Shown piece after piece: positions 13,140-26,005 of a stretch of 64,000 bases of DNA. The stretch spans positions 101,124,001 through 101,188,000 of the forward strand of contig NC_087437.1 of assembly GCF_036321535.1 (NCBI RefSeq). Reading direction: 5' to 3'. Position 1 is the stretch's first letter, and each line of letters begins with the position of its first letter. A program made the position numbers and the translations under genes. This DNA is from Camelus dromedarius. Taxonomy: Eukaryota. A model generated the notes under the pieces. The model saw nothing but the letters and a program-made list of their open reading frames with translations, was not told the DNA's origin and did not search any database.

Positions 13140-16100
13140 TCTATTCCTCTTCCTTTCCAATCATCACATCCACCTCATTGTCCATGTAAACACTAACACC
13201 AGAGGATAGTTTTACTTCCTTTTGAAATTCATGTAATTGGGCTGATGCAGTACGTACTCTTTTGTATTTGTCTTTGGATGTGAGAATCATCCATTTTGTT
13301 TATTTTTATTGTTTTGTTTCAACATTTAATATACCAAATAAAAAAAACACACACACTTATAAATACTTACATGTAATCCACTCTACTCTTAATGCAGTGG
13401 TGACTTTTGTTGTGTTTACAGATGGTTAGACAGGACAAGGGAGGTGAGGAGAAGGAGGGGTTGTTGGGTTATGTGTTATGTATATACATTATATACATTT
13501 TCCAGCTGCTTTGCATTCTTAACGAAATTTAACATTGCCAAGTACTTCATTTCAGCCATGTTGGTGACTGTGTAGAAATGTCTCACTTTGGTTTCCAAAG
13601 ATGCATATTGAGAACATCTTTCTTATGTTTATAAATTGTCCATTTGGATACTATTTTATATAAAACTTCTTTTTAAAAGAGTGATGCCTACTTTTCTATT
13701 GGGTTATATTTTCTAATGATTTTAAAGAAAAGTTTACATATTCTGTGTATAGTCTTTCTTTTTTTCTATTTTTGACTATATATGCTGCAAATATATTATT
13801 TTTGCTTTGTTTTTCCATTGATTGAAGCTATATTTGACATTGTTTTCTATTTTAGTGTAGTCAAATTAATCACTATTTTCTTTTACTATTAGACTTTCCT
13901 TCTCTACCAAAAGGCAATGAAAGTATGATCTTATATATTATAGTCTAGGTATTTTACTGGCTTAACTTTACCCATAAATTCTATAAAATATATGAAATAA
14001 ATGTTTGCATTTACCTGAGGAAGGGGTCAAGCTACAGCTTTTCCCAGTTGAATAACTGATGGTTCTGACATAATGTATTGAAAATCCTTTTCTTTTCTTC
14101 TTTGAGCCTTCATTTGTGTCTTAAGTGCCCTGTGAGTGCTTTAAGAGATTCTTTCTGATCCATTATTCTATTTTTCATTGTTGAAGAAAAAACATACAGT
14201 TATAATTAATTTAGCCTTATAATAAGCTTTAATATCCAGTACTGTAATCCTTCTAACTTTGTTAATCTTCTTCAAGATTTCTTTGAGTATTCTTGGAAAT
14301 TTTCGTTTTTATATAAAATTTGGAACTAGCTTATAAATTACAACAAAAACTGTTGGAATTTGGATTGGGATTTCATTGAATTATAGATCTGCTTTAGAAT
14401 AATTAACATCATTACAAGATGGGATCTTCCAGGATTTTAACATAATACACTTGTCTCAACTAATATTTTATAGTTTTTGTGTTTGTGTGTGGAGCTAATG
14501 CACAAACTTTTCTAGGTTTATTCCTAGGCATTAGATGGGTTTTAATGTGTTTGTAAATATTACCATTCTAAAATTTTATTTTCTATTTTTTCATGAACAT
14601 AGACTTGCATTTGCTTTCTATACATTAACCTGATAGCAAATGATATTGCCAAATCTGCTTATAAAAATTCATTATTATTATATTCTTAAAAATTATTTAT
14701 ATATACAATAATGCCACCTACAAATAATGACAGAATTGAATTGATTCTTGCCTTAAAATTCTTGTTTTTTTAATTTATTTTTTATTGTTTCATTTCCCAT
14801 CTCTTATTTAACTCATCAGGATCTCTGGTACCATACTGATTGAAAGTGGTAAAAAGAGATATATTTTCCTAAGGATTCAACTGTTTACCATTATAATGCT
14901 TGTTAAAGTTTATAATGATAAAATTAACCACCATAAGGTAATTTCTAGTTCTAGCAAATGAATATTGATAAATTGGACTACATTTTTGGTAATGTAGTGA
15001 GTTTGCAATATCTCTTTTCTGTTAATAATTATTAATTGATTATATTCAAGTTCATCAGAGTTTCCTGTATGATCAGTTATTTGTTTTGTTGTTTTTTGTC
15101 TTGCTTAAGAAAATTTTCTACCCCAAGTCTGAAGATAAACTCCTATATTTTGGTGTAACATCTTTACTGTTTGTCTCTTTGAATTTAGACAAAACTATTG
15201 ATTAGAAAATAACATTTAAATATACTGTGAAGTGGAATTCAAGATGCTTTGTTTCCCACATGTATATATTATTGAGCTATCAATCATTAATTAAAAAGAA
15301 GCTCCTTTATTCAGAACACTGCAGGGTCATATATATCAAGTAAATTTTTATTTTTTGGTTTAATTCTCTATACCTTTGCAGATACAAGTATGTATTTAAA
15401 TACTACATATTATCACAAGTTTTCCTTTTAATAGTATAAATCCTCTGGATTTTAATGTTTCATGTAACTTCTTTAATAGTTAAATGAATATTCATATTTT
15501 CTATTACTTTTCATGTCAATTTTAAAGAATTTATTGACATAAAGTTGCTATTATGATAGCTTATGTTTTTAATATCTACATGCTCTGAAATTGTGTCCCT
15601 TTTTATTTCTGGTATTGGTAATTTGTGTTATTCTTTTTTTCTTTTCCTTGATCAATGTTGCAAAATGTTCATCGATTTTTTTAGTTGGCCTTATCTCTAT
15701 TTTTAGATGCAACTATAGTAAACCTCAGTCTTCAGCTAACTTTATGCTATGCTTAATCCAAGCACTCACATCACTCTTTTCCTTATTCTTTCAGTGTTTT
15801 CTACAATGCTGACATATGGGATTAAGGTAGGGGACTGCTGACAGTTACAAATACTAGGGATGTACTGCCCCTAGGGAATTCTCAAATATAGTTGATGAAA
15901 ACCTATGAATAAATATGTATTTTCAATCTTCTAGTCAACGATTTTGAGAAGCATTGGAAAATGTACATAGAATTAAGACTTATTTGAACATAGTAATAAT
16001 ATACCCTTGATACTGATTTTCCTACTTGCTCTTTCAAAGTCTGGTATCTCATTTCTGCTTGCTTCTTAAGACAATTTCCCAAATATGCTATCCTGCACAA

Positions 16101-16850
16101 AAGTCATTTTAAGATCTCTTTTCAGTGAAACACAGGCTGAGACATTAGTTTTTTCAAATAATCTACCTTTAGACTTTTAAAACTAATTGTACTGTATTTA
16201 AAAATGTTCCCTAATTTCTGCTTTTTCTATCCTAGCAGCTTACTTTTTATTTCTTTTCTGTTTTTACTTCATATTTGAGATTGATACTTAGATCACTGTC
16301 AGCTTTTCTTCTTTCCAAATATGTAAACTTATAATTGTAAATTTCCTGGCAAACACTAAGTGCATCCTACAAGCTGTGCTTTGTATATTTTCTCATCATT
16401 TAAATAAAAAACAGCTTATGGTTTCCATTAAGATGTTTTCTTTGACCCAAGGTGAGTTTAGAAGTGTGCTGTTGAACTTCCAAACAACTGAGAACTTTCT
16501 AGTTATCCTTTGGTTATTTATTTTAGCTTAATACTACCATAGTCAGACACAATGCATTTTATTATTTGAGTCATATGAAATATATTTTTACTTGCTTTAT
16601 TACCCCCTCCAATTTTTTTACTGTAATATTTTATTTGAAATTAAATAAATGTGCACTCTTTAACTATGGTTTGCATGGTTATATGCATGTGAATTAGTAA
16701 AGTTTTGTTAGGCATAATATTTCAAGTTTTCTATTTCCTTACTGATTTTTGTCTGAATTCTCTTTCAAATACAGAGATAACTGCTTCATATGTATAAATA
16801 AGTTCGTAGATTTGTACATTTCCCTAATTCTGTCAATTTTGGAGTATCGA
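13140..16850 (-). mobile_element. Old, fragmented L1M (L1ME/MC-like) ORF2 and 3' remnants
   Basis: T-rich antisense L1 motifs, e.g. ttcttcaagatttctttgagtattcttgg, ttggattgggatttcattgaattatagatc, tctttgaccca...tttagaagtgtg. Confidence 0.7.
15700..16144 (+). mobile_element. Old ERVL-type LTR (LTR16/LTR33-like) within L1M
   Basis: 3' end aagatctcttttcagtgaaacacaggctgagaca resembles the ERVL LTR ending; it interrupts the L1 sequence. Confidence 0.45.
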
Positions 16851-16851
16851 T

Positions 16852-17520
16852 TTTGACGGCTTTATTGAGGTATAACTTATATACAATCAACTGCATATAT
16901 TTAATATGTAAATTTGAGTTATATTGGCAAATGTACATGTTTATGAAATCATCCACAATCAAGATAACAAACAGATCCGTTGCTCCTTTAGGAGTCCTTG
17001 TGTTTCTTTGTAATCCATTTCTCTCATCCAATTTTGATAGCCCCTATATTATTCCCAGGCAGACATTGAGCAGCTTTGTGTCAAAATCAATTGGTTTGAA
17101 TTTCCCATAATTTTAAATAAACAAAGTTATACAATATGTACTATATTTTTCTGACTTTGATTCAGCATTATCATTTCGAGATTTATCCATGTGGACATGT
17201 GTATAGGAGATAATTTCCTTTTATTACTGAGTAGTAATCCACTGTATGAATATTCCACAGTTTGTTTATCCATTCACCTATTGATGGACATCTGAGCTGT
17301 TTCCAGTTTTGGACTTTACAAATAAATATTTTGTAAATATTTGCACAGAAGTCTTTGTCTTGATATATGCTTTCATTTGGTGGGGGGGGGGGGGGGTAAG
17401 TACCAAGGATTTGAATGGGTAGGTTATACTGTGGGTGTAGATTTAACTTTACCAGAAATTGTCAACTGAATTGCAAAGTGGCTGTACCATTTTACATTCT
17501 GATCAGTAGTGTGTGAAAAT
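16852..17520 (-). mobile_element. L1MB-like 3' end
   Basis: gctttattgaggtataac...tttgtttatccattcacctattgatggacat...caaagtggctgtaccattttacattc. Confidence 0.85.
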
Positions 17521-17599
17521 CCTACTACTTTCTGACCTACCTTAAAATGTATTTCACCTCCATCTTTGTACAGTGACCATCTGTTCTTCATGTTCTGAA

Positions 17600-17740
17600 G
17601 TCCCTATGTTCTTATATTTTACTTTCTCTTATTAGATTAGGTATTTCCTGCAGGAAGAATCATGTATTATTCATCCCTTTCACCTGCCTCAGTGCTTGAC
17701 ACATATTAAGAGCTCAATATATTTTGGATTGTTAAATGAA
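17600..17740 (+). mobile_element. L2 3' end
   Basis: cagtgcttgacacatattaagagctcaatatattttggattgttaaatgaa. Confidence 0.6.
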
Positions 17741-18481
17741 ATAGTAAACAGAATTTTATAAATCTATGCCTTCCTGATTATCTGTAAAAGCTTACAAATG
17801 AACATTTTTTACTAAATGTAGACACACGGAATTGCATTGATTACTTCTAAGACTTGAACCATTCAGAGTGCAATTAAGGAATAAAACGAGATATCTAGAT
17901 ACTTCTGAGAACATGATTTGATTTCAAATTTAATCATTGCTCACCCATGACTGCCATTGGCGTTTAACTTATTAGATACCATCTGCTGCCTCAACATCTA
18001 GGGAATATTTTTAAGGAATATCTTTCCAGAGAAAATGATAATCTCGTGCCAACTTGTTTATCGTTTATCTGGTTGCTGGCATTTAAACCTTGTAACAACA
18101 AAAATTATAGTTCAGTGCATAAGGCAATAAATGAAAACTAAATATGATAAGAACACGATGAAAATGTAAATGACTTTTTTATTGCCAGATTCCGTACTTC
18201 TTGTATTATAATGAGCTATGCAAATGTGAGACTAGGTCACATGGCAGTAGAATAGTGATTCAGAAGGCAAGCTCCATTCATACACGTGCTAGTTTGAGTG
18301 CTGGCTATATCTTTAAATTCCATTGTGACATTAGACAATTGGGAAATCATAGTTTTTTCCATCATAATTAGTGAACAATAATAACAATCTTATAAACTGT
18401 GGCAGTCGTGTATGTATATTTCTATACTTGGTTAATTTATTCATGGGCCTCTAAAATTTGAGTAAGATGGTCATTTACGTC

Positions 18482-18965
18482 TGAAAAGGGTCCAGAATAT
18501 GGCACCTCAAAATACGCCACTTTGGCCTCGGATTATTTTGAGCTGAAAGCAGTTGAGAATGAGCAGCTGCGGAAAGAGTTCTCTGCCCTTTCCTTTTCTG
18601 CCTAAAAGCAGGGCATGCATTTCCCTTTGTGAAGGCATCCCTCTCTCCCGTACCTGGAGGAAGAGAGTGGCTGGTCACTGCAGACAGAGTTGGGACCAAG
18701 ATGTGTATGTATAAACAAACCTTACTGAAATCACCCTGAACTTCCGTAAGTCTCCCCACAGTTTATGGTTCCTTGAGACCCAAACCCTTTTTCTTTTATT
18801 CACATGGTATACAAGAGGTCCCGATATCCAACCACTTTTTTCAATTTCACTTTTCTGTGATCTCCCATGCATGTGAATATTAACAAAAATTATATGCCTT
18901 TTCCCCCATTTATCTGTCATCTGCTAGTTTAGTTCACATGCTCCCTGACAATGAGCCTAAGAAAC
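18482..18965 (+). mobile_element. ERV1 LTR (MER34A-like)
   Basis: tgaaaagggtccagaatatggcacctcaaaatacgccactttggc..ggattattttgagctgaa matches the MER34-family 5' end. Confidence 0.8.
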
Positions 18966-18975
18966 AAAGCAACTT

Positions 18976-19375
18976 TGTGAGTTTCCCAAGGCTGCCGTGA
19001 CACATCACCGCAAACTTGGTGGTTTGAAACAACAGAAATGTATTCTCTCCCAGTTCTGGAGGCCATAGTCCCACTAGAAGCTCCTAGGTGGATTTCTTTC
19101 TTGCCTCTTCCAGCTTCGAGGAGCTCTGTAGGTTCCTTGGCTTGTGGCTGCAAAACTACAGTCTCACCTGGCCTTCTCCCCTCTGTAAGTCTTTCTTTAT
19201 ATATCTCTTACCAGGACACTTGGATTTCTTGGATAAGTCAGGATCATATTACCTTGAGATCTTTAACTTAAATGCATGCACCAAAAGCTTTTTGTCCAAA
19301 TTAAGGTCACATTCATAGGTTTTAGGAGTTACAATATGAATATATATTTTGTGGGACCACCATTCAACCCATTGT
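18976..19375 (-). mobile_element. MaLR LTR (MLT1C/D-like)
   Basis: caaacttggtggtttgaaacaacagaaatgtattctctcccagttctggaggcc...taaggtcacattcataggtt...cattcaaccca. Confidence 0.85.
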
Positions 19376-19544
19376 ATCAGTGATGGATTTTTTTTTAACT
19401 TGATATCAAGTAGTTTTCCTAAACTGGATGCTGTAGACATCTTAATTTTTCAATACATTTTTACCTTTTCTCTTGTTTTCCATCTTGATCACTTCTGACA
19501 ACTGGCATGAAGCTGTATGTGTATTCCAATAAAAAGACTACTAC

Positions 19545-19955
19545 TCCTACTGGCTGCTATGCATTGAGCACTTACAGTATCTCAAGCAGTGAGCTACACA
19601 CATCACACCCATTATTTCACTAAATCTTCATAAGAAATAAGAAATATACCCACTTCACAGATGTAGGGACTTATGCTGATATTTAGAGAGATTTTGTGAC
19701 AAATTCAAGGTTGCATAGTCAATTTGAGATGGAACTGAGGTGGGGAGGGTATAGCACAAGTAGTCGAGTGCATGCTTAGCATGCATGAGGTTCTGGGTTT
19801 AATCCCCAGTGCTTCCTCTGAAAATAAATAAGCAAACCTAACTACTCACCCCCCTAAAAAAAAAATTAAAAAGAACAACAACAAAGAAGTCTGAGATGGA
19901 ACTGAAATATGGAGCCCATTTCTCTGTTTACAAAGTGTTCCTACACACTGTGCTG
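19545..19955 (-). mobile_element. MIR-like SINE, interrupted by a Vic-1-type SINE
   Basis: attgagcacttac...cccacttcacagatgtagggact...caaggttgcatag. Confidence 0.55.
19739..19891 (+). mobile_element. tRNA-derived camelid SINE (Vic-1 type)
   Basis: ggggagggtatagcacaagtagtcgagtgcatgcttagcatgcatgaggttctggg...aatccccagt head with Pol III A/B-box remnants, A-rich tail, and 14-bp TSD tgagatggaactga at 19725-19738 and 19892-19905. Confidence 0.9.
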
Positions 19956-22742
19956 TTTTCCTATATTCTTGTTTTGCACTTCACCTCAAATCATCTTTAG
20001 AGAGGAGCCGGTCTGAAGTTTTCTGTATTTATGTTGGATCTGTCCTCCCTGTGCTAGTTTTCCTCTTGTGCTGGTTCAGAAGCTGCTGTTTCTTTGCTAG
20101 ATGTTCTCTATATTGTTCTGTGGTTTATTTGCAAGTGCATCTTGCGATAAAATGAATTTCCTGTCTACGTAGGGAAAATCCGGCTTTGCCTTTCACCTGT
20201 TGGAGCTTTTGTCCCTCCAAGGCCTTATTTTGTGCCTGGGTCTATTTCCTGGGCTCTGTTTATTACTAACCTTTGACAGGTTTCTCTACTTTGTTGTACT
20301 CCTTGCAGATTTTTAGAATTTCCAAATTTCCTACCCTCTAGGGAAAGCTTCCCATCTTAATTCTAAAGCAAGAGTATCTGAACACTTTCGATTGTTCACC
20401 ACATCTGAAAAATAATTATCAGCTAATGCCTCTATACACGATTGGTGTATATGTGTGTGCATGAATATATAATGTATTGCTGGGTTACAAATGTTTCAAA
20501 TCATGCACAGAAAAGAAATTATGAAGTTAAAATCAACTAAAAAAAAATAAGTATGTAGAGATTTTCCAGTATTTTTTCATTCACTCTAATGGTAGACTGA
20601 TACAACCAATATGATTTTTACTCTGAGGTCTAGTATTTGAATGAACACAACAATTCACTCTCTGCCCCCAGGTGATTCCAGTCTCTTTGACCACCTCCTC
20701 CCTCTGCAGGCCTGGCCTCAGTTTGACTATTATACCCTTATCACTTGAATATCAGAATCTCTCTGATTTCTGTCTACGCTCTTCCATAAAGGAGCTTTAC
20801 ATCTACATCTGCCCTGTGATGTGGGAAACAACAGGATCAAGCAATTTTCAGAGCACTGCTGCTACTAAAATACTCACCACTTCCCAAACCCACAAAAAAC
20901 AAGATCTTTTTTTCTCCCCTGAATTATTTTCTTTAAATGCTACGGAACAAGAGTTTAAAACGAATGTTTAACATGAACCTTCAGAAGTTTATGATCACAC
21001 AGTTACTGGCACAACATGTGTTTTAACCATACTAAAATCATGTAATTTTCCAGTTCCCTTGGCATGTCATCGCATAGCTGGTGCCTCCCGGTTGGGAACT
21101 CATGTGAACTCTCACTGCAGAGAAGCTTCTGCTTTAACCAGTACCTACAAGACGTCTCACTTGAATCCAATTCGGATGAAATTCATTTCTAACATTCTGT
21201 TTGAGACTGATTTTGTGAAATGAAGACCTTGTGTACATTTCTTAGAGCTAATCCTAATACTGAATCAAGTTAAGAACACAAGTAATGGTAGAGGAAAAGT
21301 CACTTTTGAGTAGCTATTGATCTAACCAAATCCTGTCATCTGTGTTAAATGCAGATCTTTAGATCTTTGTGTATTAACATCTGTAATGATGGGGGCGGGG
21401 CTGGAGTAATTATCTCAATGATTTTCCTGGCAATGTTTTTGGAACCTTTGAAAATAATTTATCAGAAGGTAGGATGGTGCCATTGTGTGGGCCGTTCCTA
21501 TAACATCCATTTACTCAGAGTATCTTTTAATATGAATTTAAAACAAATTCATTGTTAGTTTGTATGTGGTAAATTTTCATGCATTTTAAAATGTGGTACC
21601 TTGTAAATCTCTCTGCTTTCTTACTGTTGGTTCACAGTAGCCATGGACCCAACTGTGAAGATCATTTCTTCTCCTGACTCTCCTCATCCCCTGGTTTCTC
21701 TAACCTCTTAGCAGTATGATGTGGGCATGTTTGTAACTTCTGTTGAGAACATATAATGCATTTATTGCCCTTAAGCAGGATATTTTAAAACTAAAGTTTG
21801 CACAGTGTAAAGTCATGGAATATGGGTTTTAGTCCCAAATCTGGCATTCACCAGCTGCCAGAGGAAAATGCTGTAGCTTTTCTCCTCGGTGTTTTTCTTT
21901 TCTTTTTAGCAAAATAATGGTTTTTGACTGTTTAATGGCCATCAGGCTCCTTTTACCTCTGTTCATCTATGTTGAGATAGGAAAGTCCTAGGCCATATAC
22001 ACTTCCTTGGAGACATATACAACTTTTATTACAGATGATTTAAAAAGTGAGTAACTGCCCAGGTCTGGTGAGAAGTGTTTGATAAAATAGATACAAACCC
22101 ATCAAACTGTCTTTTTATATTTTATGCTACATGAATTGATCCATCCATACAATTATTCATAGAAATATGATTTATTTATACAGAATCAGCTACAGACTTG
22201 AACATATTTTTTTCCTACTTCTGGAATTTAAGATTACTGTAGCAGATACTCCCTGGTTTGTATATTTTGGCATCACTGAATAAACATCATTTATGTTTAC
22301 GTCTTGAGTAGTTTATATCAAAAATTGTATATGCCAAGTTTCTTGACATTTTCCTAACATTTCATAATTCAGTGGCAGATACAGTCAGTGACAGAGCTCA
22401 GATTACATTAAACAGCACATGATACTTCCCATGACTGCTTTGTTTTCTCTTTAGATATAACAGATTTAAGTATTTTTATAAGCAGTTATGTTTTCCAGAC
22501 ATAAGTAAGATTTGAGAACTACAGAGTGTTAATGTTAATATCACCAGGTACAGAGTTAACTTTACCCAATACTTATACCTGACTTCATAAATCTGATGTC
22601 TTTGTTAAGGCCTCTGTTATCTAGCTTTATCTTTCTACCTATTTTTCTATAATCTATTATCTTCCTATCAATATGAATCATCTATCATAATCTAATAAAA
22701 AGAGCTTGAGGCAATTCCTTTCCTATAGATAGCTTTAATTGA

Positions 22743-22824
22743 TGAGAATAACTTAAAAGAGATTAAATTAATACATTTTTATTGAGAATAACTTAAAAGA
22801 GATTAAATTAATACGTTTTTATTG
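22743..22824. repeat. Tandem duplication, 40-bp period, 2 copies
   Basis: tgagaataacttaaaagagattaaattaatac(a/g)tttttat repeated with a single mismatch. Confidence 0.95.
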
Positions 22825-23299
22825 CCTACATACATAATATTTATAGTCAAAGGACACTGGCTTTACAATACAAGGCAAATACCTGGACACTGAATTATGC
22901 CACAAAATCAGCACAAATGAAACAAATGAAGTAGTTAAGAAACTAAGATATAAGTATTGATTTTATGTGCAATAACATTTCAAAGAAAGGCTCAGACAAC
23001 GTTGGACTTTTGAAGAAATAGCCTTCGTGCAGAGGGAATGGTTGTGATTTTAAAGCTAGGAACCTAAGGAGAAGACAAGGAGGTGATGGCTAGCATGTAA
23101 CAAGGCCCGGTTGGAGGGTGGACTCCAGGGTAGAGAGCATTATGGATGACAGGCCTAAATAAATTTGTCTTGCCCATGAAGATCTGGTTCTGTTTCCCCC
23201 TCCTCACCCCTCCAAAAGTCTGTTGTTTTGTTTTTTTTTAAAATCTCACAACCAAATAGCTAAGTTCTAATGAAGACAGTTATATCATTATAGATATCA

Positions 23300-24860
<1,561 letters not shown>

Positions 24861-25469
24861 CATATATATGTATGCATATATATTCTTATATATATTTATT
24901 AGATAAGGGCTCTTATATATATACGTATATATTATATGTAGGTATAAAGTATATTCTTCCTTGTATTAAGATAAGACAGATTTTAGTGCTGTAATTCAGT
25001 TTTTAAAAAGAACCTTAATGACAAGTGAGAGATTGGCTCCATCAAACCTCACCATTGCCATCATCTTTATCAATAATTTCAGTGCTTACTGTCCTAGCTA
25101 TTATGAAAAGATACAATGAAAATTCTCTCTTTTTATCCACACACCTTCTTTCAGGGTAGGCTGTCATATTATCCTCACTTTAGAGATGATGACACTTATT
25201 CTGGAGATCCACACAGGTTGCCACTAGAGCTCATGTTCTTAATAAGAAGCTGTATTCTTTGAATCCAAGAAATTAATTTACATATTAATTTTAAGTGTGT
25301 AGGATCCCAAGGTTTATTACTGACTAAATCTTTATAAATAACAAAACTATTTGCTTATCTGCTTGAAATTCTAATGTCCATTACATGGGTTCAAGATGAG
25401 AGAAACGAGGGGGTGGGGAAGCATATGTGGAAGAGACATAAGGATTTTATTGGACATCGTAATTGGTCA

Positions 25470-26005
25470 TTATATAGGCTGGATGTGATCTTAGTCAATG
25501 ATAACAGAAGAAGCATGACATTTGTATCACAGGAGGTAATGATTTACTTCTAATTGTTATAGGTTAGATTCCACATAGAGGATTTCTCTCAGAATGGATA
25601 ATATGGGTTTGAAGACATCTGGACTAATTGGGTTAAACTCAGAGAAAAAGCAAGCTTGAAAGAAGAGAATTTAAATTTGCTAAATTTGCAATGAATATGA
25701 AAGACTGTGGAATATTTAACTGGAGTGGAGAAAGATGCTTGCCAAATATTTGAAAACTCTCTTGTGGGAGAGGATATGCATTTTGATTTGATCTTAATGG
25801 TCCTATAGGTTAGAACTGGATTCAGTGGTTGAAGAAGAGGTGTCCTAAGATGAAATGATTGCCTGAAGATTCACTGACTTCCTCCTAGCTGGGAGTGATC
25901 AGGTACATCCTAGACGGCACTTAGTGGGGTGGTATTGAGTTTAGTTATTAGAAGCATGGTTGGACTAGATGAAATTTTAGATCTACCACAATCCTATTTT
26001 TGTAT
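25470..26005 (+). mobile_element. L3/CR1 LINE 3' fragment
   Basis: Ends ggttggactagatga...ag.tc.acc.caatcct, as in the L3 3' end; upstream aaatatttgaaa and tagaactgga motifs. Confidence 0.6.

Noticed and set aside
19741..19812. tRNA gene (also 52620-52692)
   Set aside because: Both are SINE heads with A-rich tails and TSDs; the cloverleaf is degenerate.
21631..21659. Hairpin ttcacagt...actgtgaa with a miR-27/128-like seed
   Set aside because: The stem is only 8 bp, too short for a pre-miRNA, and the rest does not match those miRNAs.
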